In this document: one piece after another, positions 1 to 9,739 of the stretch
Layout: each line of letters begins with the position of its first letter
Numbering within the stretch: the stretch's first letter is position 1
Source: Minisyncoccota bacterium
GTDB taxonomy: Bacteria > Patescibacteriota > Minisyncoccia > Phycocordibacterales > UBA6065
Length of the DNA: 64,000 nucleotides
Assembly (NCBI GenBank): GCA_035438745.1
Contig: DAORIX010000002.1
Span: forward strand, 1,830-65,829
Direction: 5' to 3'
Translations under genes and position numbers: made by a program
The notes under the pieces: generated by a model
Database searches by the model: none
The model's input: only the letters and a program-made list of their open reading frames with translations
What the model was told of the DNA's origin: nothing

Positions 1-125
1 TCCTTGGTCGACGTCTTGCCCACATTACCGGTGATCGCAACAATTTTTGGCTTATGAACAAAAAGCACGAGTCGTGCCTCGAGAGTGAGAATTTCAACAA
101 TAAGTCCTTTAAGAAAATTTTTCAT
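1..125 (-). CDS. murF: Mur ligase, probably MurF, N-terminal fragment (continues beyond window start)
   Basis: Own translation from ATG at 125: MKKFLKGLIVEILTLEARLVLFVHKPKIVAITGNVGKTSTK, with the Mur ligase P-loop ITGxxGKT; lies directly after ftsI in dcw order. Confidence 0.75.
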   Translation of the reverse strand, partial: MKNFLKGLIVEILTLEARLVLFVHKPKIVAITGNVGKTSTK

Positions 126-136
126 ATGAATGAGGG

Positions 137-171
137 TTTAGATTCTAGATTCAATATTCCAGCTTCAGTCT
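137..171. repeat. Degenerate heptamer tandem repeat tract
   Basis: tttagat tctagat tcaatat tccagct tcagtct between ftsI stop and murF start. Confidence 0.45.
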
Positions 172-178
172 TCCGTCC

Positions 179-1879
179 CTATCTATCCGGTGGAATAGAG
201 TAATAACTAATCAAAAACTTTGTCATGTCCATAAATGGCTCAGTCAACGTATGTGAAGCGTACTCAGCCCCTTTAGGATACACGGTAAACAAGAAAATAA
301 TAAAACGTGGCTTATAGGCTGGAAAATATCCAAAGAACGAATGCAAGTACCTATCATCATAATAGCCTCGCTCGGTAGTACGTGCAATTTGAGCGGTACC
401 AGTTTTTGCCGCGACACTGTAACGAGGAATTTTTACGGTTCCCTTGAGAAGAGCCTCGTCAACCACATTTACCAACATGCGTGTAATGGTTTCTGATGTC
501 TTTTCACTAAAAACACGAGTAGGTTCTGATGCAGTAACTTCTTTTGAAAGTCCTGTCGTGTAATCAATACGCTTCACCACATGAGGATTTGGTAAAATGC
601 CTCCATTTCCAAGAGCCGAAAGAGCTCGTACTGTTGCAATGGGAGTGAGCGCAATACCCTGCCCAAAAGCCGCAGTGGCATGCTCCACCGCACGATTGTT
701 AAACAAATTTTCTATTTTTCCATATACCTCGCCCGGTAAATCTATTCCCGTTTCTTCACCTAAACCAAGTGAGACATAATAATCAGTGAGCTGTTTATTG
801 CCGAGACGTGACGCAACAAAGGCCATACCCGTGTTAAGTGAGTCATTCAAAACCTTCTGCATGTTTACTTCTCCTCTACCGCGTCCATCGAAGTTTGAAA
901 TCTTTGCACCGTCAATTGTCACCGAACCTTTGTCGGTAAAAGTAGTCTCAGGAGTAACCACACCAGCATCAATACCCGCAGCCATAGCAAGGGGCTTAAC
1001 GATAGAACCCATCTCGTACACACCTTGAATTATAGGATTTCCAAATACACGAAAATCTTTTTCACTACTATATGCGTTGAGGTCAAAAGTAGGAGCGAGA
1101 GCAAGAGCATAAATCTCTCCTGTGTAGGGATCCATAATGACACCTCCAGACAAATCAGACTTCCAGGTGTCCTCTATTTTTTGCAAACGGTTTTCAAGCT
1201 CTTCCTGAACGGTGGGTTCAATGGTGAGAACAATATCCCCTTCTGATTTTTTCCCCTTGAGGGACTCTGAAAGATTAAGAAATATTTCAGCAAAGAAGTT
1301 TTGATATGCGCCCTCTGAAGAACGACTCAGAGTGTCGTTATAATATTTTTCGAGACCATAAAGGCCTCCAATCTCATTCTCCTCCTTATAGCCCACAAAA
1401 CCGAGTGTATGAGCAGCAATTTTCCCATAAGGATAGTAACGCCACTTTTCTTTGTATACGTTTACCCCTGCCAGTTTCAAAGACTCAATACGTGTTTTTG
1501 TATCGGTATCAAGACGTTTTGCTATTTCTTCATAAGAGTCATTTACTTTTGTTGCTTTGAGTAAAAAATCTTCCTCAGAAAGCTCAAAGATATCAGAAAA
1601 ACTGTTGTACACATCCTCGGGATATTCTATGAGTTTAGGATTGAGAGCGAGAGTATACCCCGTCTTGAGAGTTGCAGCTGACACAAGACTGCCGTCTTTT
1701 GCACTAAAGAAAATAGAGCCTCTGTTAAAAATAGTATCCCCTTGTTTTGTGTACTGTCGATCGGCCTTATTACGAAAATGATCTCCATACATAATCTGGA
1801 GATAGTATAATCGCCCTACAAAGAGTAGGGCGCATGCGATTACAAAAAAACCAATAAAGAAAATCCGAGAAGACTTCAT
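179..1879 (-). CDS. ftsI: Class B penicillin-binding protein FtsI/PBP3
   Basis: N-terminal TM, RG-I dimerisation motif, SxxK (GSIVK), SxN (SLN), KTGT; dcw cluster context. Confidence 0.9.
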   Translation of the reverse strand: MKSSRIFFIGFFVIACALLFVGRLYYLQIMYGDHFRNKADRQYTKQGDTIFNRGSIFFSAKDGSLVSAATLKTGYTLALNPKLIEYPEDVYNSFSDIFELSEEDFLLKATKVNDSYEEIAKRLDTDTKTRIESLKLAGVNVYKEKWRYYPYGKIAAHTLGFVGYKEENEIGGLYGLEKYYNDTLSRSSEGAYQNFFAEIFLNLSESLKGKKSEGDIVLTIEPTVQEELENRLQKIEDTWKSDLSGGVIMDPYTGEIYALALAPTFDLNAYSSEKDFRVFGNPIIQGVYEMGSIVKPLAMAAGIDAGVVTPETTFTDKGSVTIDGAKISNFDGRGRGEVNMQKVLNDSLNTGMAFVASRLGNKQLTDYYVSLGLGEETGIDLPGEVYGKIENLFNNRAVEHATAAFGQGIALTPIATVRALSALGNGGILPNPHVVKRIDYTTGLSKEVTASEPTRVFSEKTSETITRMLVNVVDEALLKGTVKIPRYSVAAKTGTAQIARTTERGYYDDRYLHSFFGYFPAYKPRFIIFLFTVYPKGAEYASHTLTEPFMDMTKFLISYYSIPPDR

Positions 1880-1888
1880 ACCCTCACA

Positions 1889-2218
1889 TTATAAACCTTT
1901 ATGGAGAGAAAGTACGTTTGTATTACCTACAAGAGAAATAAAATGAGCATCTATCGTTGGCTTCGTAAAGCCGATACCGTACGCAAATTCTTCGCTTATT
2001 GTAGAACGAAGGGCATTGTACTCTGTCTCTAAATCACTCATCGAAGCGACAAGTTCAGCCTTCTCTGTATTGATATCCTTGCTCTCAACGGCAAGCATAA
2101 TAGCCCCGTTTATAAAATAAATGTAGAGAGCAAAGAGTAATACAAAAAGAGAACATGCCACCCAGAGGGTTACAGGGGTTTCCATTTTTTTTACATTGTT
2201 GAGAACGTATTGAGTCAT
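1889..2218 (-). CDS. ftsL: FtsL-like cell division protein
   Basis: Single TM followed by short coiled coil, between rsmH and ftsI. Confidence 0.6.
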   Translation of the reverse strand: MTQYVLNNVKKMETPVTLWVACSLFVLLFALYIYFINGAIMLAVESKDINTEKAELVASMSDLETEYNALRSTISEEFAYGIGFTKPTIDAHFISLVGNTNVLSLHKGL

Positions 2219-2220
2219 GT

Positions 2221-3111
2221 TTATTTTTTTATAAAAATTCTTAATTTTGAGCTACGAGAGCGAGGGTTGGCCTTGAGTTCTTCATCGTTTGGTATCAGTG
2301 GTTTCTTAAAGAGATTGGTACCGAGCATTAAACCTTCTTTTTCTTTAAAAAATCGTTTTACAATCCTGTCTTCCAAACTATGAAAGGTTATGACCGCTAT
2401 CCTTCCACCAGAACATGTTCTATCAAAAGCCTTGTGTAATCCTTCCCGAAGGGCACCCAACTCATCGTTTACCGCAATACGTATTGCCTGGAATGTCTTT
2501 GTGGCGGGATGAATCTTTTTCATGTGTACCCACCGTGGCAGAGCTTCCTCGATAATCGCCACGAGCTCACCGGTTGTCTCTATGGGTTTTTCCTCCCGAG
2601 CGAGAACAATTGCGCGAGCTATTCTCCGAGCAAATGTCTCTTCGCCGTATCCGTAAATAATGTCTGCTATGTTTTCCTCGTCCCACTCGTTTACCACATC
2701 ATATGCAGTGGTAGATTCCTCGTCTGGATTCTTTGAGAGAGTCATGACGAGAGGCTCATCGAGCTTTATTGCAAAACCCCTACCCGACTCATCTATTTGA
2801 TGAGACGAAACGCCGAGATCAAGGAGTACCTTGTTTACACATGAGATGTCTTCGTCATCGAGAACCGTATCAATGTTTCTAAAGTTCTCACGCACAAGGG
2901 TTACCTTGTCAGCAAAAGAAGCGAGGCGTGTTTCAGAGCGAGTAATAGCCTCCTCATCGAGGTCAATACCAATCGCCTGTATCTTTTTGCCTGTTTCAAA
3001 TGCACCAAGGATGTGTCCGCCCGACCCTAATGTACAATCGAGAAAAACATCTCCATCTTCAAAAGAAAGGCCTTTGATAACTTCATGTAAAAGAACGCTC
3101 TTGTGCATCAT
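2221..3111 (-). CDS. rsmH: 16S rRNA m4C1402 methyltransferase RsmH (MraW)
   Basis: HKSVLL, DCTLGSGGH, DLGVSS, HPATKTFQAIRIAVNDE, FHSLEDR, NPRSRS motifs. Confidence 0.97.
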   Translation of the reverse strand: MMHKSVLLHEVIKGLSFEDGDVFLDCTLGSGGHILGAFETGKKIQAIGIDLDEEAITRSETRLASFADKVTLVRENFRNIDTVLDDEDISCVNKVLLDLGVSSHQIDESGRGFAIKLDEPLVMTLSKNPDEESTTAYDVVNEWDEENIADIIYGYGEETFARRIARAIVLAREEKPIETTGELVAIIEEALPRWVHMKKIHPATKTFQAIRIAVNDELGALREGLHKAFDRTCSGGRIAVITFHSLEDRIVKRFFKEKEGLMLGTNLFKKPLIPNDEELKANPRSRSSKLRIFIKK

Positions 3112-3177
3112 ATATTTCGGTGTGTCTGAATCAGAAAATAAAAAATTATTTTATGCTCTGATTCATACGCACAACTT

Positions 3178-3612
3178 TTAGAGAACGCCGATTTGTCCGA
3201 GCTTCTCTGCAAGCGTATCTGCTTGCTTTTCTACGACCTTTTTATAGTCGGTCCATGCTTTTTCATTCCAAATCTCAGCACGCGACTGAACTCCAATGAT
3301 CACCACTTTGTCTTTGAGACCCGCACGCTCTCTCAAGAAATCAGGGAGTAAAATACGACCAATTGAGTCCACATCAACGAGAACCGCACCTCCAAACATA
3401 AAACGGTTGAAACTACGATTGTCCGCCTGAAGCATTGAGGACTCTGAAAGTTTTTTAGATATAACTTCCCACTCCTTTACTGCAAAAATAAACAGACAAT
3501 TGTCGAGACCTGGAGTCACCACAACTTTTTTACCCATCTCTTGTCGAAACTTTGCGGGCAGAGAGACGCGATTCTTGTCATCAAAAGCATGTGTGTATTC
3601 TCCAATGAGCAT
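3178..3612 (-). CDS. mraZ: Transcriptional regulator MraZ
   Basis: GEY..DDKNR..LP and DSIGRILLP duplicated AbrB-type motifs; upstream of rsmH. Confidence 0.96.
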   Translation of the reverse strand: MLIGEYTHAFDDKNRVSLPAKFRQEMGKKVVVTPGLDNCLFIFAVKEWEVISKKLSESSMLQADNRSFNRFMFGGAVLVDVDSIGRILLPDFLRERAGLKDKVVIIGVQSRAEIWNEKAWTDYKKVVEKQADTLAEKLGQIGVL

Positions 3613-3754
3613 GGTTATGGTCTTTTTATACGCACAGGCTGTCGCATCTTCAAACCTACAATCTTTACGATTTTTATTTCACGGAACGTGGTTCCATTTT
3701 TTATAACGTATGTTGTGGTGATGGCTCGCATATTTTTGTGAGAAATTATTCATA

Positions 3755-3819
3755 CCACTATTTCCCACTTACATATTATTGTATAACACTCTCACCCACT
3801 TGCCTACAAAGTTATCCAC
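3755..3819 (-). promoter_or_regulatory. Probable MraZ operator repeats in the dcw promoter
   Basis: Minus strand GTGGATAACT..GTAGGCAA-GTGGGTGAGA-GTGT...GTGGGAAATA-GTGG: GTGG repeats at roughly 10-nt spacing, as in known MraZ-binding repeats. Confidence 0.6.
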
Positions 3820-3832
3820 CTTTTTCATGTAC

Positions 3833-3862
3833 AAAAAAACAATTCCGTGTGGAATTGTTTTT
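3833..3862. terminator. Intrinsic terminator after lysS
   Basis: aaaaaacaattcc-gtgt-ggaattgttttt hairpin. Confidence 0.7.
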
Positions 3863-3886
3863 AAAAAATAATTTGTTTAAAAAACG

Positions 3887-5350
3887 CTATTCTGAGTCTT
3901 TTTTTGGCTTCATGAGAGGAAATAAATGTGTCTCACGTAGTGGTTTGTCGGCAAGAAAGGCAAACAAGCGCTCACCAAAGCCGAAACCACAGGTAGGAGG
4001 CATCCCATGCTCGAGCATTTCCACGAATTCCCCGTCAAACATCATTGCCTCCTCATCACCCGCAAGGGTAAGTTTCTGCTGTGCGAGAAAACGCTCACGT
4101 TGATCGAGAGGGTCATTTAACTCAGAATATCCTCTACCTACCTCACTGCCCGCAATGAGAGGCTGAAACATCTGGACAGTCTGTTTGTCTGAGAGCGCTT
4201 TTGCGAGAGGGGCAACAAGCACAGGATGATGTACGAGAAAAGCAGGACCTGAAATATTTTTTCGGCAGTACTTCCACAGAGTATCTGTTAAACGCTCACG
4301 ATTGTCCCCTTCATACTTCACATGGAGCTCTTCGAGCTTCTTTTTGATGTCTTTTTCAGAAGAAGTATAGACATTGATACCTGTTTGCTTTTGTATCTCA
4401 TCGGCATAGTTAATTTCTTTCCACTCATCTGCCAAATCAAAGGTGTGTCCTCGTGTAGTAAATTTCGTCTTACCAAAAACCTCACGCGCAATGGTGCGAT
4501 AGAGCTCAGTAACGAGCTTCATACCATCACGATAGTCTGCATACGACCAATAGAACTCCATGTTAGTAAATTCTTGGAGATGTTCCGGACTCGAACCTTC
4601 ATTACGATATACCCGTCCGATTTCAAACGTTTTTTGAAAGCCACCCGCCATCAATCTTTTCTGCCAAAGCTCACCCACAGAGATACGGAGAAACACATCG
4701 AGGTCATAATCATTGTGATGTGTCTTGAAAGGACGAGCCTCTGCTCCGCCTGTCGTTATTTCAAGTGTAGGAGTCTCCACTTCAAGGAATCCTTCTTTTT
4801 TAAGAAATGTCCTCGTTACATCCCAAAATTTTGATCGTTTTACAAAAAGATCTCGAAGCTCTGGATCAGTTGCCAAATCAAGATAGCGCTTTCTCAAACG
4901 AATATCCTCGTCTTGAATACCGTGCCATTTCTCAGGCATAGGAAGGAGAGACTTTGATGCCATGAGCCACGAGGAAACGAGCACTGATGGCTCACCTCTC
5001 TGAGTGGTGAAAAACGTTCCGGTAATGCTCAGAAAATCTCCTATATCAACCGTATCAACAAAGAGAGAGAAAGCGGTCGCATCAAGAGAGTCTTTTTTGA
5101 AAACAAACTGAAAGGTTCCCTTTCCATCATCGAGCACCACAAAATAAATTGCCCCCTGACCACGGATAGCCATGACGCGCCCTGTGAGAGAAATAGTTTT
5201 ATTTGTTTTGACGTAGTCATCGAAAACAAGACGTGCATCTTTGAGGCACATGTCTCGTGGAACCTTGCTCGGATAGGCCTCAAAACCAGCTTTTTTTAAA
5301 AGCTCAATTTTTGCTATGCGTGTGTTTCGTATTTCGATCTCTGATGCCAT
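3887..5350 (-). CDS. lysS: Lysine--tRNA ligase (class II)
   Basis: PEKWHG, R.RYLDL, FLEVETP, GGAEARPF, YRNEG, YSELNDP, GMPPT motifs. Confidence 0.97.
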   Translation of the reverse strand: MASEIEIRNTRIAKIELLKKAGFEAYPSKVPRDMCLKDARLVFDDYVKTNKTISLTGRVMAIRGQGAIYFVVLDDGKGTFQFVFKKDSLDATAFSLFVDTVDIGDFLSITGTFFTTQRGEPSVLVSSWLMASKSLLPMPEKWHGIQDEDIRLRKRYLDLATDPELRDLFVKRSKFWDVTRTFLKKEGFLEVETPTLEITTGGAEARPFKTHHNDYDLDVFLRISVGELWQKRLMAGGFQKTFEIGRVYRNEGSSPEHLQEFTNMEFYWSYADYRDGMKLVTELYRTIAREVFGKTKFTTRGHTFDLADEWKEINYADEIQKQTGINVYTSSEKDIKKKLEELHVKYEGDNRERLTDTLWKYCRKNISGPAFLVHHPVLVAPLAKALSDKQTVQMFQPLIAGSEVGRGYSELNDPLDQRERFLAQQKLTLAGDEEAMMFDGEFVEMLEHGMPPTCGFGFGERLFAFLADKPLRETHLFPLMKPKKDSE

Positions 5351-5363
5351 GAAAAGAGATTAA

Positions 5364-5831
5364 TTACTGAATAGAAAGTATTTTATAAGCAATTGCCCCT
5401 TTTGGAGTTGTAACAGATACTGAATCGCCCTTCTTCTTGCCAATGAGCGCCAAACCGAGTGGTGACTGATTAGAGATCTTGCCTTCATGTGCGTTCACCT
5501 CTTCTGACCCAACAATTTTAAATGAAGCCTCTCCTCCTCCAGATTTCTGAACTTTGATAGTAGAACCCATGCCGACAGAATCCGCATGACGGTCTCCGAC
5601 AATTTCAGCTGTTTTGAGTGTGTCCTCGATAATAGCGATACGGTTTTCAATAGTAGCCTGCATTTCACGTGCCTCCTGATACTCTGCGTTCTCGGATAGA
5701 TCTCCGAGTGAACGTGCGTATTCGAGATTTTGAGCAACCTCTCGACGCTTAACCGTCTTTAAATCCTCAAGTTCTTTTGAAAGCTCTGCAAACTTCTCCT
5801 TGGTAAGGTACTTTATATTTTCCATAGACAT
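5364..5831 (-). CDS. greA: Transcription elongation factor GreA
   Basis: GDLSENAEY and IS..SPLG.AL motifs. Confidence 0.97.
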   Translation of the reverse strand: MSMENIKYLTKEKFAELSKELEDLKTVKRREVAQNLEYARSLGDLSENAEYQEAREMQATIENRIAIIEDTLKTAEIVGDRHADSVGMGSTIKVQKSGGGEASFKIVGSEEVNAHEGKISNQSPLGLALIGKKKGDSVSVTTPKGAIAYKILSIQ

Positions 5832-5905
5832 TGATTAAGTAATGGAAAGATAATAACGTATTTTTTAGTAAAAGGCAAACAACCCTCTCCTCTGCTCAAA
5901 AACGA

Positions 5906-7612
5906 CTACTTGAGATACTCAGGAGTATACAACTCCATCCAATCGAGCATCTCTCTCATAACAAACGTACCTCCATATATATTGGCACGTGGACCACTTT
6001 CCATAATAACCGCAAAGGCATAGCGGGGGTTTTTATAAGGGAAAAAACCAGTAACCCATGAGTTTACATTCTGCTTCGACACACCAAGCTCCGCCGTTCC
6101 TGTCTTTGCAGCAACCTCAACATACGAAACATTGAGACCTGATGCACTACCTATTGTTGCACCCATACGCATACCCTCTTTAACAACATTAAACTGATCT
6201 TGAGTGAATGGTAATTCGAATCGTTTTACCTCATTACTTGATGTAGCTACACGTAAAATTGATGGCTCGAGTAATGATCCGCTATTTGCAATAGACGCCG
6301 TACCACGAAGTATTTGAAGAGGAGTTACTTGAAAACCGTACTGTCCGATTGATGTGAAATACGTATCACCGATACGCCACGGATCACCCGGAAATACTTT
6401 TTCTTTCCATGCGGGCGACGGTACTACCCCTGCAGGACCCGCAAAGAAAGGATGAGTCTGCTCCTTTCCAAAACCAAAAAGAGACAGATATTCATCGATC
6501 GCTTGAATACCAAGACCTTTTTGTTTTTCAAAACCTCCACCAATTTGATAAAAATAGACGTCTGAAGAAACCGCGATCGCCTTGCGCATATCAACTGACC
6601 CGTGATTTTTCCAATCATTAAATACCGTCTTTTTTGTTGGATCATACGGATTTTGAATAGAAATTGAACCCGTGGTAACTATTTCCTTGTTCGGATCAAT
6701 AATATTTTCAGAAAGCGCAGCGAGTGCCATGTATGGTTTTACAATAGAACCAGGCGTATAGAGTCCGGTAAGAAACCTATCAAGAAATGGTTTTCTTTTA
6801 TCAGTATTGTACTCAGAAATAGCAGAACGATCGCCCGATGAAAGAGCTTGGCTATCGTATTCTGGGTAACTCGTCATTGCAATAATTTCGCCCGTCTTCA
6901 CATCAATGATACCTCCCGCTCCTCCCGTAAAACCAACACGGGGCGCAAGCTCTTCTATGTATTCATACAACTTTTTCTGTAAACGTGAATCGATAGATAG
7001 ATAGACGTTTTGCCCAGTAATAGCCGGCTCAACAACCGAACCAGATTGCACCTCACCCAAAGCGTCTGTTTCAATAATTTTGAGACCGTGCTCTCCCTTG
7101 AGAAGATCGTTATAAATTTTTTCTACGCCCTGAACACCCTCAAAATCTTTTCTAAAATAAAAACCATTTTTGTCTTTTGATGGATACCGTATGTAACCAA
7201 GCACATGAGCAAACCCTTTGTCTCTAATATAATTGCGTTCCGAAAAGTCCTCGTCTTCTGTATGTGTGGCATTCCATACCAAACGAACGCCATTGCGATC
7301 AAAAATAGCGCCCCTATCAGCAAAAATAGTTTCGTGTAAAAGTCGATTATTTTCACTCCGTGCCGCATACACTGCCCCATTTTTGACTTCGAGAAACCAT
7401 GCACGCCCTATGAGAATCGCCACGAGTATACCAAAACAAGCCGACACGATAATCACCGCTGAAATGTTTATAGGTTTTTCGAGACGCCCTTCAAACTGAT
7501 ACGTATCAAACTGAGGAAGATTTTTTGAGTCAAGAAAAATCTCGTCCGGATCGATGTTGGCGGAACGAGAACTGAACCTTTTAGTAAAAAGTCTTTTGAA
7601 CGAAGAAAGCAT
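5906..7612 (-). CDS. mrdA: Penicillin-binding protein 2 (MrdA)
   Basis: TM, RG.I.DRNG, PGSIVK, SSD (PBP2-type SxD), KTGT; after mreBCD. Confidence 0.9.
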   Translation of the reverse strand: MLSSFKRLFTKRFSSRSANIDPDEIFLDSKNLPQFDTYQFEGRLEKPINISAVIIVSACFGILVAILIGRAWFLEVKNGAVYAARSENNRLLHETIFADRGAIFDRNGVRLVWNATHTEDEDFSERNYIRDKGFAHVLGYIRYPSKDKNGFYFRKDFEGVQGVEKIYNDLLKGEHGLKIIETDALGEVQSGSVVEPAITGQNVYLSIDSRLQKKLYEYIEELAPRVGFTGGAGGIIDVKTGEIIAMTSYPEYDSQALSSGDRSAISEYNTDKRKPFLDRFLTGLYTPGSIVKPYMALAALSENIIDPNKEIVTTGSISIQNPYDPTKKTVFNDWKNHGSVDMRKAIAVSSDVYFYQIGGGFEKQKGLGIQAIDEYLSLFGFGKEQTHPFFAGPAGVVPSPAWKEKVFPGDPWRIGDTYFTSIGQYGFQVTPLQILRGTASIANSGSLLEPSILRVATSSNEVKRFELPFTQDQFNVVKEGMRMGATIGSASGLNVSYVEVAAKTGTAELGVSKQNVNSWVTGFFPYKNPRYAFAVIMESGPRANIYGGTFVMREMLDWMELYTPEYLK

Positions 7613-7624
7613 GGGTACCCTCTA

Positions 7625-7879
7625 TTATACATTTCGTGCAAAACTTTTCTTGAGCCAAAAAGAAATGATCACTAAAATACCCCCGAGAATAAGCCCTGTA
7701 TAATGAAAATGATCTGAAGGTATACCAAACAAAACATCATAGAGACCTCCCCACAACACAAGTTCGTAAAAATTGCTTACAAAAAATATCCCCACAAGAG
7801 CAGAAATAAGTGCCACCCACCATGGCAAAAATAACAAGGAAACAATAATAGCGATGTTAACAGTGGTACGTGGACTCAT
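7625..7879 (-). CDS. Small membrane protein, MreD-position
   Basis: Hydrophobic 84 aa between mreC and mrdA; G..YD motif. Confidence 0.55.
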   Translation of the reverse strand: MSPRTTVNIAIIVSLLFLPWWVALISALVGIFFVSNFYELVLWGGLYDVLFGIPSDHFHYTGLILGGILVIISFWLKKSFARNV

Positions 7880-7881
7880 GA

Positions 7882-8682
7882 TTATTGTGGCAAAGCAAAT
7901 ATATCGACAAAGTTGATATCATTAATATTGAAAGGACTTTTAAAATAAACGGTCTGAATGGATTCAGCTGAATCAGTCTCCACATATTCAACAATACCCA
8001 GAATAGAGACATTGATAGATGGAGCTTTTATGACATCACCCTTCTCAACGAGTACATCAATAGGAAGCGAGAGTATGAAATTACCTCCTCCACGGCCAAT
8101 AGCGGTACCAGACACAGATCGTGGTCCAATAAGCACAAGAGTTTCTTTACCTGGAGATGAGTAGAGTTCAACTTTTGATAGCGAATTTTCAACTTCAACA
8201 ATATCACCCATGAGGACTTGTCCTGGACCGTACACCTTGTCTCCAATCGACACCCCCTGTCTCAAACCCGCATCGAGAATGAGAGAGTCGTACGGAGAAA
8301 ATGGCGGGCGTCTGAGGACGACACCTAAAACACGAGAAACACCTTCTGATCTACCCAAGAGCTCCTTAAACTCTTCATTTTGTGCGACAACTTCAGCTAA
8401 ATACAGACGCTCAGAAGCAAAACGCTCACGCTCAAGAAGGAGCGCTTCGTTTTCTTTCACTAGAGATGACTTTGATTTCATTATTGCAAGAGCATTTTCA
8501 AAAGACCCTAATGCAAAAAATTCAAAACGCCATATCGGCGAAAAAACTTTTGACGTAATCGAAAAGAAAAAGTTGGGCGCAAGAATAAATCCAGATGCAA
8601 AAATAAACAACACAACAAAAGATACGAAAACATTGCGTCTCGCATTCGTTTTTGTACGGTTACTTGGTTGGAGGTAAGTCAT
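7882..8682 (-). CDS. mreC: Rod shape-determining protein MreC
   Basis: TM, coiled coil (ENEAL, N..FKELL), LILDAG..GV..GD beta domain; after mreB. Confidence 0.9.
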   Translation of the reverse strand: MTYLQPSNRTKTNARRNVFVSFVVLFIFASGFILAPNFFFSITSKVFSPIWRFEFFALGSFENALAIMKSKSSLVKENEALLLERERFASERLYLAEVVAQNEEFKELLGRSEGVSRVLGVVLRRPPFSPYDSLILDAGLRQGVSIGDKVYGPGQVLMGDIVEVENSLSKVELYSSPGKETLVLIGPRSVSGTAIGRGGGNFILSLPIDVLVEKGDVIKAPSINVSILGIVEYVETDSAESIQTVYFKSPFNINDINFVDIFALPQ

Positions 8683-9724
8683 CTTCGCCTTGTATTAAAA
8701 TATCCCGATATTTACTAATGTCTTCAAGAATAATACCGGTACCTCGAGCAACAGCGGTGAGCGGATCTTCAGCAATATGAACAGGAATTTTAATATGTTC
8801 ACTGATGAGCTCATCGAGTCCTTTGATAAGCGCCCCTCCTCCTACGAGATAAACACCTCTGTGCATAACATCGGCTAGAATTTCTGGAGGAGTTGTTTCC
8901 AAAACCTCTCGAATTGACTCAACGAGGTGATCAATAGACTGTGATATTGCCTCTCGAATATCATCGTCAGTTACCACTACTTCACGAGGAAGACCTGTGA
9001 CGAGATCCCTACCGCGAATAGAAGCTTCGTGTGATTCACGTCCTGGCACAACAACACCAATCGCAATTTTCACTTGCTCAGCAGTTTTTTCTCCAATCAA
9101 AATCTTAAACTCGTTTCGAATATACGACATGATGTCGGAATTGAGTTTGTCGCCTGCTATCTTGAGACTTTTTGAGCGCACAGCACCACCGAGAGCGATA
9201 ACCGCAATGTCAGTAGTACCACCACCGATATCAATAACCATATTACCGACAGGTTCGTGAATAGGTAACCTAATACCAATAGCTGCCGCCATAGGCTGTT
9301 CAACAACATGCACCTCGCGAGCGCCAGCGTTTCGTGTAGCATCTCTCACAGCACGAGCCTCAACGTTTGTAACTCCCGAAGGAATACCTACAACAACACG
9401 AGGTCCAAAAAAAGTACGAGATTTTTTCTGTGCTTTATTCAAAAGGTAGACAATCATTTCCTCTGCAACTTCAAAGTCAGAAATAACACCGTCGACAAGC
9501 GGTCGCACAGCCACAATATGTCCCGGTGTCCTACCGAGCATTTCTTTTGCTTGTGTACCTACAGCAACTACACGACCAGTTTTCTGATTTACAGCTACAA
9601 CCGAAGGCTCGTTAATCACAATGCCTTGGCCGTTTACATAGACGAGCGTATTGGCAGTTCCCAAGTCGATGCCAATATCATTCGAAAACATTCGATACAG
9701 TTTTTCTAGAAAAGGTAGATTCAT
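8660..9724 (-). CDS. mreB: Rod shape-determining protein MreB
   Basis: IGIDLGTANT, EPSVVA, DIGGGTTD, GRDL.TGLP. Confidence 0.97.
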   Translation of the reverse strand: MNLPFLEKLYRMFSNDIGIDLGTANTLVYVNGQGIVINEPSVVAVNQKTGRVVAVGTQAKEMLGRTPGHIVAVRPLVDGVISDFEVAEEMIVYLLNKAQKKSRTFFGPRVVVGIPSGVTNVEARAVRDATRNAGAREVHVVEQPMAAAIGIRLPIHEPVGNMVIDIGGGTTDIAVIALGGAVRSKSLKIAGDKLNSDIMSYIRNEFKILIGEKTAEQVKIAIGVVVPGRESHEASIRGRDLVTGLPREVVVTDDDIREAISQSIDHLVESIREVLETTPPEILADVMHRGVYLVGGGALIKGLDELISEHIKIPVHIAEDPLTAVARGTGIILEDISKYRDILIQGEDDLPPTK

Positions 9725-9739
9725 AAAAGAGTTTCGGTA

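Noticed and set aside
3812-3820. DnaA-box-like TTATCCAC (also near 35963) as oriC
   Set aside because: Isolated single boxes; the first overlaps the MraZ repeat; no dnaA or box cluster
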